Counted from the stretch's first letter, positions 38,201-49,989 are shown. The stretch: DNA of 64,000 nucleotides from a virus (IMGVR_UViG_3300011008_000003), one strand, 5' to 3'. Notes: generated by a model from the letters alone, not told the origin. Made by a program: numbers and translations.

Positions 38201-41200
38201 TACCGCCTGATGGCTCATAGTATTCAGGTTCCTTTCCTTCGATTACAAGGGTACAATGAAATTCTCTGGTAACTTCCTTATCCCTAATATCGTCAAGCTC
38301 AGAAAAGGCTGGATGGTCAAAAACTGCTGACATATTAACCCAGCGGATCAGATTTCAAAACGTTAGAAACCTTAGCCTTATTCATTTCGATAAGCTTCTT
38401 GAAGATAGAACCGTCGCAGATTCCCTTATAGATAGCTTCTTCTTTTTCATAAACGGTTTCTCCGTTATAAACAAATGAACAAAGTTCCTTACCGAACCGC
38501 GGATATACATCCATATCATAATTCGGTGCATCTTCTTTAAGCTTGCCGGTTTCCTTATCGAAAACCTTGTCCTTCCAAGCTTCAACTTTTTCGTCATAGT
38601 CATGAAGGTCTACGCCGTCATAGTAACGAATCTGAATATTGTCGAAACTTGCCATTCCGGGCCCGATAGTGCTGGTAGCAACTGCAGTCGGGACAATCTT
38701 AATTCTCATAACCGGCATATGCTTCATCTTTTCATGCCACTTGTCATGAATATCAGGATCGTTTTTGTCGACCAGTACAATAACAGCTTCATATACAATA
38801 GGTTCGAGCTGCATCCAGCCGCAATAGCTGTTCAGCCAGTAGAATAGACGATAATGGTCTTCCATTTCGATAACTGCTTTCATTCCCATTGCCAAACTGC
38901 TTTTGAAAGCTTCGAAGCAGCGGAACATATTCTTGCTAAAATATTTAAAATTTGAGGATTCTATATTATTCTCCAAAATATTCCTTTTCTTTTGTAAAAG
39001 ATTCTTCCAATTTCTTTTTCCAATATTCCTTGACCTTGTTCCAGAACTGAATTCGCTTATATGCATCGCAATCTTTGGTACTATGATCCCAGTACATATC
39101 GTCCTGTTCTATATACCATTCTGCATATTCGATTCTCATCCTGCACAGTGACCGAAATGCCTGAAAATATGCCTTGCCGTTAATCGACCATTCGAGATAT
39201 ACATTATGTTGCATTTTTAACCTCTGCCTTGAAAGATTCGACATAACCGTAGCGATTATAATCTTCAGTCTTTGCCTTCTTATATTCTTCGACTTCGAAA
39301 TCCCTTATAAAACGGAGTTCTTTTTCGTCCGTAAATACAAATTCTTTCTTTTCTTTATCAAACATACCACACGGATAAGTATATGCTGGATCAAGCTTAG
39401 GTTTCTGTACAACAACGAGATTATCCAAGTCCATTTCATAACCTAACTCTTCATCAAGAAACATCTTGATGTCGCAATTATCATATTCCTTAGGTATAGA
39501 CTTTATAAACTTCGTAAGTTCTTTTAATGTCATCTTCCCATTCCCATTTTAAAGTTTTCTTGCCGGTCGCATATTCCAGTTTTTCTTCTGGCGTAAGCGT
39601 TTCGTCATAGAACCATTCGACCTTACCGATTTCACCGTATTGGTAAAGTCTTTTCATACGATGGTCATTCGTAAATACCAATTCTACACTGTCTTTAGCA
39701 ATATAATTATCTGTATATGGTCCACGATACAATTTGACAAAAATATTACCTGCGTATTTCTTACAAAAAGCTTCGCCGTGCATAGTCTTAAAATAATTAC
39801 TTTCCGGGTCTACTATACTCCAGTTAAAAAAGTAATTATACTGCGACTTGTTGCCGAATTTCAAAGTAAGATATTCGTCTATAAAATGCTCATCCGGCTT
39901 AATCTGCATTATAAGTTCATCAAGTTCATATTTCATACTTACTCCAGCATTATAACGGTTTTCCACTCGCCGCAATCGCAGTGGTTTTGTTCATAGACTT
40001 CATCGATAGGCTGGTCTGCAATCTTGCTCCATACATCCATATCGTCAGGAAGCTTTTCGAGTTTTTCACGCAGTTCTTTATTCGTCATAATCGATTTCTT
40101 CCAGTAAATATTGGTCAACAACACTGCAGCATCCGAATACATTATAACAAACAGTAGCTATTTTACCGTTACATAAAATTTCTTTCTTTGTTACTTCATA
40201 TCCGCCGCATTCAAAATAACCTGTCTTTGGCCAAGAATTATACCAATCTTTAATTATTTTTTTAGCCCTGTCAATATCTTTAAATACTTTAATATTTTCT
40301 ATATTTTTTGTAGATACGTCGCTTCCGCCATTCGGATTTCTCTTTGTGGCAGAGGTATGATTCTTAACTAAATATAATTTTTCCATTATTCCCATTCTTC
40401 CGGTTTAATTTCCAGTAATCGCTTGGTAATATTGTCAGCAAGAGCAAGCAATGATACCTACTCTTCGGCGTCACCCATCTTCGTAATCCAGGACATCATT
40501 GCAGCCTTGGCCATATACGGATTGTTACCGAGGACTACTACCATATCGGTAGCAAGCTTCTTCCAGAACTTTAAATCGTGTTCCATTAGTTTTCCTTATC
40601 TTTAGTCTTATTTTTCTTGAAAATTCCAGCAATAGAATCAATAATCAGGTATACGAAAATCATACCGATAATTGTTAATCCCGGATTATTCTGGCAGAAA
40701 TTAAAAAATGCTTCCATTATTTAGTCTCCCGTGGATCTTTCCACTTTTCTGTTTTTATAGTTTTCTTATACAAGTCCAATGCCTTGTCTTTTTCACCTTC
40801 CATCCAGTAGTCGAAAACCTTTGCGGGAACATCATAAATGTCCCAGTCGCAACAGTCATAGTTATGGACACAAATAGAGAATTCCTGTTCATAACCGTGC
40901 CAGTTACATTGTTCAATATCGTCGATATTTACATTCGGTTCCAAATACCTGAAACATTCATAAAAGATGTCAAGCTGCATATCTTCGATATAGACCTGAG
41001 CTTCACCATATTTTTCGAATTTTTCAATATTCTTGATGTCTCGAATATCATGTTCCATTAATTTTCCTCTTTTACCATTTTAAAATGAAAATATTCAGGT
41101 TCATATTCAGTAGGAACTACAGATTCCATATTTTTAATCATATTATCATGAAATTCAGCAAATCTATCCCAATCTTCTTTAGTTTTAGGACGATACTTTT

Positions 41201-41691
41201 CGATTTGTTTTCTTAAATATGGATAAAATTCAGGAAATAATTCTGTAAGTTCAGCAATTTCTGCTTCTGTCGGTTCACTATTCATAACCCCTCGTAAATG
41301 ATTTAAGTACACGTTCTCCCTTATAGGCAGAAACCATGTCGTTTTGCTTATCGTCCATGAACTTATCCATTTCAGACAAAGCTTCTTTCTCGGAATAACA
41401 ATACTTACAGCCGTGATAACGCTTACCTTCATGATTAAGACCAGAATACTTGACATAGAAATCAATTCCTGCATTCTTTCTGAACTTTTCTTCGTCGAAT
41501 TTCGGCGTAGCCAGCATTTCATCCATGACTTCCTTAGGAAGTGCCCATTGATTCATGGCTTTCTGTTTCTGTTCACGGTAATACTTCAGCTCTTTCAGCC
41601 ATTCGGCAAGCTGTGCATGTTCCTTAGAGCATTCACCGTCTTTACATTCTGCCTTTTCTTCACAATGCTTAATAGCCTGGTCTAGCGTCAT
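35224..41691 (-). other. Run of about 20 small translationally coupled hypothetical genes (e.g. 35224-35667, 35658-36107, 36110-36472, 36475-37080, 37694-37987, 37989-38333, 39204-39533, 40717-41058, 41278-41691)
   Basis: Contiguous minus-strand ORFs with TAATG/ATGA overlaps; no recognisable motifs. Confidence 0.65.
40386..40586 (-). pseudogene. Small gene with in-frame TAG (40458-40460)
   Basis: MEHDLKFW...GDAEE*VSLLALADNITKRLLEIKPEEWE; TAATG-coupled at both ends only if TAG is read through. Confidence 0.55.
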
Positions 41692-41701
41692 ATTAACCCC
41701 A

Positions 41702-42235
41702 TTAATACTTAATCTCCGCCTTGTAACCGTCAAGCAACATCTGACGAACCTGGTCAAGAACCTTGCCAAGTCGATTTTCGCCCTGCCAGTTAGCCTCGTC
41801 GTCAGCGAGAGGATCACCTTCGCCGAGCTTGATTCCCCAGATTCCGTCTACAGGGCTCGCCTCGACGAATTTCTTACCGGTCAGGGCAGGATCCGTAATC
41901 TTATCGAAGAGAACCTTATTCTGTGCATACTTCTGAAGACAGCCGCGAAGCATAATGTCATAGGAAACAGCGTTCCATGCATCCTGGTCGAAATTCTTTA
42001 CCTGACGGCCAAGTTTCTTGGCCTTATACGACATCTCATCAGTGAACGGCAAATGAAGAATCTCGTCTGCCTTTTCCTGGTCGTCGAAATAGATTGCCTT
42101 CTCATACATGTAATACTGTTCCGTACTGAAGAACATACGGGTAACGTCGTCCATGCATTTCAACTTAATCGGTGCCCAGGCGAAATTACTCGGCCAGTCG
42201 CTCCAGAAAAGAATGTGCTTATCTGTAATAGTCAT
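41702..42235 (-). CDS. NADAR family protein (YbiA-like)
   Basis: SNF, STEQYYMYEKA, AKKLGRQVKNFD..W, KYAQN, VEASPVDGIWGI, GENRLGKVL. Confidence 0.9.
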   Translation of the reverse strand: MTITDKHILFWSDWPSNFAWAPIKLKCMDDVTRMFFSTEQYYMYEKAIYFDDQEKADEILHLPFTDEMSYKAKKLGRQVKNFDQDAWNAVSYDIMLRGCLQKYAQNKVLFDKITDPALTGKKFVEASPVDGIWGIKLGEGDPLADDEANWQGENRLGKVLDQVRQMLLDGYKAEIKY

Positions 42236-42709
42236 TTTAACCTCTAAATTCTGTTAAATCTATATCGAATTGAATATAGCCGTTTCCGACCGTTTTATAA
42301 ATCGGCAGAATAATCCATTTCGCGTCACCGCAATTAACGAAATCTTCGGTAAATGCATAAATTTCAGATTTACCTACATAAAATTCATTTACCGTATAAG
42401 TATAACAACGTTTACCATCTTCTGAAAAGAACATAACTATTCCTCGTCTTCAATTCGACTGCTTATAACGTTAAACTTCTCGTCATATTCATAATAAACA
42501 TGACGGGCCTTTTCATACTTGTGGTCGAAATAGTTTACATAGCCTGCCGGAAAATACATATGGGTAATATGTACATCCTTGATTCTGCCGTTCGGCTTAT
42601 ATTCGTTAATTCCCCAATATTCGTCACCGTCTCGTTCTCTCCAATGGATTGCGAGATTGTGCTCATCTACTTCGAGTTCTTCATACTTATGCTTAGCCAC
42701 AATAGACTC

Positions 42710-43147
42710 CTAGTAAAAAATTCCAAGATTTGGAAGTTCAACAGATTTAGTATCAAATTCTTCAATATAACCCAGCCAACCGTCTCGAGTATCTTCACGA
42801 TATGCTCTCAGCCAGTCAGCGACAAGATGCCTATGGCAGAAATCGTCCGGTTTTTCGTAACAGAGAAGAATAATCTTATGCGACTTTACTCCGGCCAATT
42901 CTGAAAGCTCATGGATTACGTCTTCAGGTTTCAACGGTGCCAATACTTCGTCTTTGAAATGCTGGATATAGTAATCGTTGTCTCCCTTATGGGATCCGTT
43001 TTTCCATTCATTAAAAAATTCCCATTTAGGAGCAAGCTTCTTATATTCCAGTCCCTTATACCAGGACGGAGCCTTTCCAGCAATCGAAACCGGAACAAAA
43101 CCATTTTCGATATAAGTTTTCAGCTTAGCAAAATAACCTGTCAACAT
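42710..43147 (-). CDS. DUF488-family protein
   Basis: TGYFA, YKKLAP, LLCYEKPDDFCHRHLVADWL. Confidence 0.8.
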   Translation of the reverse strand: MLTGYFAKLKTYIENGFVPVSIAGKAPSWYKGLEYKKLAPKWEFFNEWKNGSHKGDNDYYIQHFKDEVLAPLKPEDVIHELSELAGVKSHKIILLCYEKPDDFCHRHLVADWLRAYREDTRDGWLGYIEEFDTKSVELPNLGIFY

Positions 43148-44315
43148 CTAGCAATATTCCTCATCAGGCAGTTCGCGGTGGTTAGCGAAATACTTCAAAG
43201 CCTCGACAATTTCATCAATTGTCTTGACGTTAATATAACCCTGAAGGTAGTTATTATCGTCATAGTGATTCATCGCTATATAATCATCGTTTTCATCGAC
43301 ATCGACAATTACGTGATGTTCGTTTTCCTTGATGAACGCACACTGGTAATCACGGTCGTAAACTGCCTCGTCGATTCCGAATTTCTTTGCAAGTCGTTTC
43401 TTAGCCTTTACAGCCTCGACGATTTCTTTGGTTGTTGGTTTTTCCATTATTCTAATCCTTCCAGACAATATTCGTTATACTTGTTAGCAAGTATCATGTT
43501 ATAATAGTCAGTTTTATCTTTCAACATTTCCATATCGTATTCTTCACCGTCAATAGAAAGAATATATTTCGAATATTTATCTTCGCCCTTAACCTTATCT
43601 TTGTCGAGGTCTCTGAAACTTGCAATATTAATATACCGACCAAATCCGCTAGAGTCATTCGGCCATATAGATTTTTCCATTTCCACCGCTACGATATTTG
43701 CAATATAGGAAAAATGCATAATACCATCCTGAGACTTCAGAAAATTCTTGCTGAACGGGTTGAAAAAACCTTTTTCTCGAATCTTACTTGGTTTAGTTCC
43801 GCTACATACGACATTTTCCGCATATTTCAAAGTAATCGTACCAGGAAAAAAGGCACGTTCGTACTTATATTTCTTTTCCGACTTGGAATATTCAAACACT
43901 TTAATGAAATACGGGACATTCATCATTTTTACCTATGTGACTTCTTATGCTTATTGCATACGTTAGTGCTTGTTACGGGATGCATAGGCGAGCCGTGGAC
44001 GTACTTTGGCTCTCGCCTTTCTAGTTCTATGCCCTGACCGAAACGGTAAGTCCTGAGGGCCTCTATTTCGCCGTTAAGCTTGTCCCCTATGAGTTCATTT
44101 GCATATTTCTTTGTAATATAGTCTTCGCCAGATACCTGAACGAGATATTCAATATCAGGGTGACGACAACATGTACATTCGTACAAACAATCGTAATAAT
44201 TTTCATCCTTATTACGGTTCAAATAATGTTTCCGGTCTTTACAAAGCTTATAGCCCAGGTACTTCTCGACATCAGCTAACTTATAAAAATCTTCTCTATC
44301 GTAATACTGTGGCAT
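43148..44315 (-). other. Three hypothetical genes (43148-43468, 43447-43926, 43929-44315) behind early promoter 44338-44366
   Basis: CTTACA-17-TATATT; coupled ORFs. Confidence 0.6.
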
Positions 44316-44424
44316 GTTTTACCTTCTATTCCTATCAAATATAGCAAAACACCGCCGTTTTGTAAGCAAAAAATAAAAAGCCGAACAATTTTTGTCCGAC
44401 TTTTTGGAGATTATTAGAAATTTA

Positions 44425-44892
44425 TTATCGAGCTACAATAAACGTGGCCATTTCTGGATGTTTGCTGTCATACTTATCAGTTTCGAGCTTCACGTTACCT
44501 TCGGCAAGAACCATATACAGGTAATATGCACTTCCGCCGAAAGCTTCCTTCAGGTCGAGCCTGAATTCCTTGGCACCGACCTTATTTAGGAGTTCGAAGA
44601 ATTTCGGTCCTAGGTACTCAGTATTCCTGTCAACGAATTCAGTCATATCGACCGGCTTTCCAGCCTTGATATTTTCATAGTCATTGGAAACGAGGTCTAT
44701 CAATTCCCAACCGTAAGTGTCAGTCATTTCGTCCCACAAATCATCGCCTTCCGGTGTATTTCTAAGTTCCTGCCACCTGTCATACTGAGCCTTAACGGTA
44801 TCGACGAGGTTTTCATCGGTTTCGTTAAGCTTCTTGATAGAATATCCGGCATTTTCAAGTAAATTCAATGCATTTCTAACTTTTGGTTCCAT
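44425..44892 (-). CDS. Late protein with N-terminal tag VRNALNLLENAGYSIKKLNE
   Basis: TATAAATA 44911-44918, AAGGA SD. Confidence 0.7.
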   Translation of the reverse strand: MEPKVRNALNLLENAGYSIKKLNETDENLVDTVKAQYDRWQELRNTPEGDDLWDEMTDTYGWELIDLVSNDYENIKAGKPVDMTEFVDRNTEYLGPKFFELLNKVGAKEFRLDLKEAFGGSAYYLYMVLAEGNVKLETDKYDSKHPEMATFIVAR

Positions 44893-45097
44893 AGCAAATT
44901 CCTTTTTTATTATTTATAGTTCCGCATTGTCAATAATCCACTGCTTATTGAAATCGTCGGCTATATTATCAATCCAGTATTTCAGGGCGTTTGCAAATTC
45001 CTGGGATTCATGATCAGGATTTACGGAATCTGCATACGCTACCATGGCCGACACCGAATCGAGTGCGTGCTTATGTTGCTTTTCCCAAGGGCTCATT

Positions 45098-45973
45098 TTA
45101 TCTGTTCTTTATGAAATCGAGAACGTCCTTTTTGACTGTCTCGTAGTATTCTTCCCAAATCTGGATAACGAGCTTGATATTATCGCTAGATACGTTGTCC
45201 ATCTTCAGTTTCTTATTGTATTTCGGGCAGGCGCTAAATACATACTGGTCGCCGAGAATAGCCTTTGCCTCGTAAATCGGAGACTTGCTGGCTCTTGCTG
45301 CCCAGTCGGAAATGATGTATTCTGCCCATCCCAATAAAGTCTTGTTTCCTTTTTCAGTATTCGGCGTATCGAGTCCGGTTCCGAAATCGAGAATCTTAAT
45401 ATCCCTATGACCCTGCTTGAACTGGCCCGCGAGGAGAACATCGGTACAACTGTTAGCCCACATGCCGCCGTCACAATAGGAATGACCTTCCTTGTCGACG
45501 ATTACATCGAAATACGTCGGGGCGGAACAGCTCGTAAGTATTGCGAACCACTTATCGACATCCTTATCTCCAAGGTCCCAAACCTTTTCTACAGAATCGC
45601 CGTTCATAAACGTTACAGGAATGAAAATCGGCTTTTTCCAGTCTGAAATCGTACCGTTGAACTTCGACTTAAGAATAGACTTCAAATTCGAGTTGTCATA
45701 GGTCGGGCAAGTCGGCTTGAGCCTCTTGTACCAGGAATACTTCGTGAAAATCTTCTTAAGGTTGCTATTGTAAAGTTCGAACAAGTCATGTGCGGAATAT
45801 CCTTCAGCCATACCGCCAGCGATAATAGAACCAGTGCTAGTACCAGCGAAAGCCGAAGTCAAATCACAAAGTTTCTTTCCGAGATCCTGTTCAAGTCGGC
45901 ACATAAATGCGAGCGGTCCAATTCCGAGACATCCACCACCGGTTACACTAATACAAAGCTGTTTCTTTCCCAT
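45098..45973 (-). CDS. Patatin-like phospholipase (late)
   Basis: GGGCLG, GTSTG nucleophile, SCSAPTYF, DGG; TATAAATA 45998-46005. Confidence 0.9.
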   Translation of the reverse strand: MGKKQLCISVTGGGCLGIGPLAFMCRLEQDLGKKLCDLTSAFAGTSTGSIIAGGMAEGYSAHDLFELYNSNLKKIFTKYSWYKRLKPTCPTYDNSNLKSILKSKFNGTISDWKKPIFIPVTFMNGDSVEKVWDLGDKDVDKWFAILTSCSAPTYFDVIVDKEGHSYCDGGMWANSCTDVLLAGQFKQGHRDIKILDFGTGLDTPNTEKGNKTLLGWAEYIISDWAARASKSPIYEAKAILGDQYVFSACPKYNKKLKMDNVSSDNIKLVIQIWEEYYETVKKDVLDFIKNR

Positions 45974-46038
45974 AATTTCTCCTAAAATACTTTACATTAT
46001 TTATAAGTATTTCAGAAGATGAGAAATTACAATGCCTG

Positions 46039-46608
46039 TTATAACTGGGATAACTTTATACTCTTCAGACCGTAGTCCCTCTTAAGGTTTGGATCAATGT
46101 AATCGCTAAGATAAGTACAAATAGAATAAATTATATCTACTTGGCGTTCAGTAAACATAAACTTATCATTGATTACCTTATCACACCACCACAATAACTG
46201 ATTTCCATTTTCTTCAGAAGTAGCAGCCCAATCTGTACACATTTCATAAAGGAATGTATCGTTCATTTCCGTACAATTTATTCCAGTAGACTTATAATCA
46301 CCCGCACCCCAGTATTCGCAATGATGCGGATTAGATTTAATGTGTTCCATAACTACATTATTAATTTGCTGTTTTTCTTCTTGAGTAAGCTGTCTATCTC
46401 CGCAATATCTCAGGGATTGCCTTACAAGATTATCGTATTTAAGCTTATCCAAATCATGTTTCATTACCCGCTCAATATCAACATCTTCCAATGGAATTTT
46501 TTTATTTTCGACCAGGATATTGTAAAAATATTTCACTCTATCAATATGATCTTGTATTCGTTTCCTGCAAGTAACCAACAAATTGTCATTGACACTTTCT
46601 ATAGTCAT
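46039..46608 (-). CDS. HD-like / DUF5662-type protein
   Basis: H...V, KHDLDK, H..NPHH.EYW, EMCTDWAA. Confidence 0.65.
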   Translation of the reverse strand: MTIESVNDNLLVTCRKRIQDHIDRVKYFYNILVENKKIPLEDVDIERVMKHDLDKLKYDNLVRQSLRYCGDRQLTQEEKQQINNVVMEHIKSNPHHCEYWGAGDYKSTGINCTEMNDTFLYEMCTDWAATSEENGNQLLWWCDKVINDKFMFTERQVDIIYSICTYLSDYIDPNLKRDYGLKSIKLSQL

Positions 46609-47066
46609 AACATGCCCATCAATGCACCTTCGTTTTCGATGTCTTTGACACGCTTTACCATGTCGTATGTCAAAGTATTTAATTTCTTTTCTTTATAATC
46701 TAAAATCGCCGAATAATTATCTTTGAAAAACCGTATATGGTCATTGATAAACCAATATAATTTACTCAAATGCTCCATACAAAACCAGTCGTAAAATTCA
46801 TCTTTAGTTACGCTGAACTGGAACATAAGAAAGGCTGTATTAAAATAATCGTCTGGAACATCTGTCATGAAAACTTCGGCAGTTAAATACTCTCGTTCTA
46901 CTGTCCATAAGATTCTAAAATCATTGAATTTAAATAATATACAGTTATTTACGTCATTGTTATGACTATATGAATAATCAATCCAATGTCGGTCAGCATA
47001 TTCCGGTAAGATTCTATGTAAAATACGAGACTGCCAATCGCTTAGCATTTTAATTTCATGACTCAT
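46605..47066 (-). CDS. Hypothetical protein, paralog of 50022
   Basis: LMFQF....EFYDW shared with 50022. Confidence 0.65.
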   Translation of the reverse strand: MSHEIKMLSDWQSRILHRILPEYADRHWIDYSYSHNNDVNNCILFKFNDFRILWTVEREYLTAEVFMTDVPDDYFNTAFLMFQFSVTKDEFYDWFCMEHLSKLYWFINDHIRFFKDNYSAILDYKEKKLNTLTYDMVKRVKDIENEGALMGML

Positions 47067-47443
47067 AGATTATCAATCTCCATTTCCGTTCTGATATTTT
47101 CCAGGTAATAATTTACTTTATCAACGAATAATTCAATACTTCCGCAATCGCTAAATTTGACTTCCTTATCTTTATAATGAAAAATCGGATTATTCGACGC
47201 AAAAATATACGAATTCGCAAATTTGCTATTCGGATTTCTATAAGCTCGTTCCGGTAAATTTTTATACTTACGTCTAATATCGGTAAGTAATTTTCCTAAG
47301 AAAACAATATCTTTCGAATAAGGCGAACCGATAAAGAGTAGACGTTCCGGACTTACTTCGAGACAATTGTAACGTACTTTAGAAAATAACCGGGATTCAT
47401 ACCGGATATACGGAATATCTACTAACGGGACAAATTTTTTCAC
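47063..47443 (-). CDS. Hypothetical protein with family-type C-terminus
   Basis: Ends NIRTEMEIDNL. Confidence 0.65.
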   Translation of the reverse strand: MKKFVPLVDIPYIRYESRLFSKVRYNCLEVSPERLLFIGSPYSKDIVFLGKLLTDIRRKYKNLPERAYRNPNSKFANSYIFASNNPIFHYKDKEVKFSDCGSIELFVDKVNYYLENIRTEMEIDNL

Positions 47444-48935
47444 TTTGTCTTTTCCTGCGAAGCCGATTTAAGGCTACGTTCTGTCTTATCCTTAAGTTCT
47501 TCTACATATTTCGGATAACGCCTTTCAAAATCGTCGTCCGGTTCCCAAAGGTCATTCATATTACCGAAATCGTCACGGATGAACATGGCTATTGTATTAC
47601 GATGGTCTTCTTCCATAGACGGGCTGTCCTCTACGTTACAGCACGGAAAAGCTTCGACTTCGCCATGTACATTATTGATAAGATCCTTGAACTTGAATTC
47701 GATATTACCGTGCACATAGTTAATCTTGAAACCTGTAACCTTGAACTGCTTCTTGTTCTCCAGCATATCCTCGTACAGGTTCTTAAAACCCAAAAGACAA
47801 GTCTGGGCATATTTCATATATCTCTTACGAACCTCGGTGGCGTGCTTTTCGCAGACCATTCGCATGTCCTTTAAAATCGCTTTCTGCTTATCCGACATCT
47901 TAGCCATTCTTCTTTTTCCTTTTCTGTACGATTAACGGTTTAAATTCTTCAGGCAATATATTTTTACTGCTGAGTATTTTAAACATACCATTAAAATTTT
48001 TCAAAACACTGCTCTTGATTTCATCTAGTTTTACAGGAATAAGATGATCCAATTCACTAGGTTCAAATAATTGCGATATTTCTTGATAAACCATAATAGA
48101 ATCGCAGAGAGATTTGCATTCCCATAAATCCATAGAAAGATTAAACATCGTTAACTTTCTATAAACTGTACCGTCTGAATATGCTTTATATCCATTGTCC
48201 TTTATTACGTAATAATAATTAGTACAATTTTTATCCACCGATGTTCCATCTACGGTTTTATACCATTTGCCTGCAAAAGACTTGGTATCGTCAGGTAGAT
48301 CTGCGGACTTTTCCAGCTGTTTAAGCCGAGCTTTTAGATTGCTTACTTCTGTAGTTTTTTCAGCAAGAGATTTCTGGGCATCTGCTAATATTTTCTTAGT
48401 CTCAGCAATCTGCTTGGAAACATCGTCTATCAAAATCGATTCTTTTTTCTTCTTAGCCATATTACTTCTTCTTTGTCAACAGTTTATCCAAGTCTTCTCT
48501 AATATTCGAGTTTTTCTGTGTTTCAATACCTTCAAATTCAGAATAGACGACAGTATTCCCAGGATTTACATCTCCGCCCTGAGCTTCGTTATGTTCAAAC
48601 TCTTTTTTAAATTCTTTAAGAATTTTCTTCGCTGCTTCCAGCCTAGGAATATAGACGCCAACTTCATACCAGCCGTCATAAGTACAGACTCGTGGCTTAT
48701 TATTATCTGACATCCAACTTTTATTCCAGCTATCGTAACCCAAACGTAAATGACGCTCCATGTTATAGGTAACACGACGCCATTTCGGATGCCACAAATT
48801 CCAAATCGACGGCTTGTCAACACGGTATTCAACTACATAGAAATCCTCTTTTAAGAATTCCGTCTGAATATTTCCATCGTATGTACTAGAATTAACAGGA
48901 CATTTTCCGATTTTTACAATTCTATAGTCTGGCAT
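47440..48935 (-). other. Three hypothetical genes (47440-47907, 47900-48460, 48462-48935)
   Basis: Coupled ORFs. Confidence 0.65.
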
Positions 48936-49607
48936 TTAGAAACCGTATTCCTTTTTGTCACCTACAGGATATTTCTGACCGGTGAAATCTTCATATTCTT
49001 TCCTGACAGCTTCGAACTGCTTGATAGACTGTTTCAGGTACTTCCTGAATCGCTCTACGGAGCCAGTAGAATGAAATCTTCCACCTGGCTCGATATAGTT
49101 GCTATCTTTACCGTCGGAGGTCTTCTCGTGCACAAAATAAGGGTTTTCGTTGAGTATAATCATAGTACGACCCTTATCGGACTTGTAGATAGAAACGACA
49201 GGCCAGTAGTTAGCCGAAGCCTGGTCGATACCGTAATCCTTATAATCCCAGAAAACCTCGTCGTCTCCGATATTACCGAAAGCGCCGCGATAGTCGCGTT
49301 CCTTCTCGTTGTTATAATCGAACAGATTATCGCGAACAAGGCCGAAACCTTCGCAAATATCTTCTACCCATGCAATATTAATCGGTGTAAATGTATTCTT
49401 CATTTTCCTAAAACTCTCGTCTTCAATCCAATAATCCGGTTCAAATCCGCCGCCGCAGTCTCTTTCCTGCTTGGCTTTGTAAATTGCCTGATCCAGGCAA
49501 GGACCAGAGCAAAATGTGAAATCGTCATCTTCTCTATGATAGCCACGACTCTTGTGAAACCATTTACCGCAGCAGTTACAAATGTAATAATTCCTGATAT
49601 GACCCAT
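48936..49607 (-). CDS. Protein with N-terminal Zn-finger (TRASH-like)
   Basis: CNCCGKWF...FCSGPC. Confidence 0.55.
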   Translation of the reverse strand: MGHIRNYYICNCCGKWFHKSRGYHREDDDFTFCSGPCLDQAIYKAKQERDCGGGFEPDYWIEDESFRKMKNTFTPINIAWVEDICEGFGLVRDNLFDYNNEKERDYRGAFGNIGDDEVFWDYKDYGIDQASANYWPVVSIYKSDKGRTMIILNENPYFVHEKTSDGKDSNYIEPGGRFHSTGSVERFRKYLKQSIKQFEAVRKEYEDFTGQKYPVGDKKEYGF

Positions 49608-49610
49608 ATC

Positions 49611-49970
49611 TTATCCGTGTCTGATATTTCCGCACATAGTGGAAACGTTACCTTCAACGTCGCCACCGATTTCGATGTTTCCAGCCATCGCCTTGACATT
49701 ACCCTCGACGTCACCATGAATTTCAATATCGCCCGCGGAAGAAGTAACGTCGCCTTCGACATCGCCTTCAATTCTTACGTTATTGACATTCTTGACCGTA
49801 CCGCAGTCACCCTGGACAACGATAGTAATAGTCTTGCCAGTACAGTTAAAAGTCTTACTTCCTGCAGTAATCGTGTTTCCGTCATAACGAATATCGGAAG
49901 CATTCACTTCTTCACCGTCGATTGTTACATGGGCGTCGCCGTTAAGTCCACTAAGAATATTATCTGACAT
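49611..49970 (-). CDS. Beta-helix repeat protein (bactofilin-like)
   Basis: Tandem 17-aa repeats I.GDVEG.V....GNI; start corrected to MSDNIL (GAGG SD). Confidence 0.55.
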   Translation of the reverse strand: MSDNILSGLNGDAHVTIDGEEVNASDIRYDGNTITAGSKTFNCTGKTITIVVQGDCGTVKNVNNVRIEGDVEGDVTSSAGDIEIHGDVEGNVKAMAGNIEIGGDVEGNVSTMCGNIRHG

Positions 49971-49989
49971 AGTTTCCTCTTTTTTATAC

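Noticed and set aside
42437-43468. In-frame fusion of 43148, 42710 and 42437 ORFs through TAG stops (also 34368 into 34176)
   Set aside because: TAGATG and TAGGAG/TAGAGG junctions are explained by translational coupling and SD overlap, and DUF488 is complete on its own
45098-45973. Patatin as CBASS CapV effector of a defence island
   Set aside because: No cyclase (CD-NTase) or other CBASS gene is nearby, and the gene has a phage late promoter
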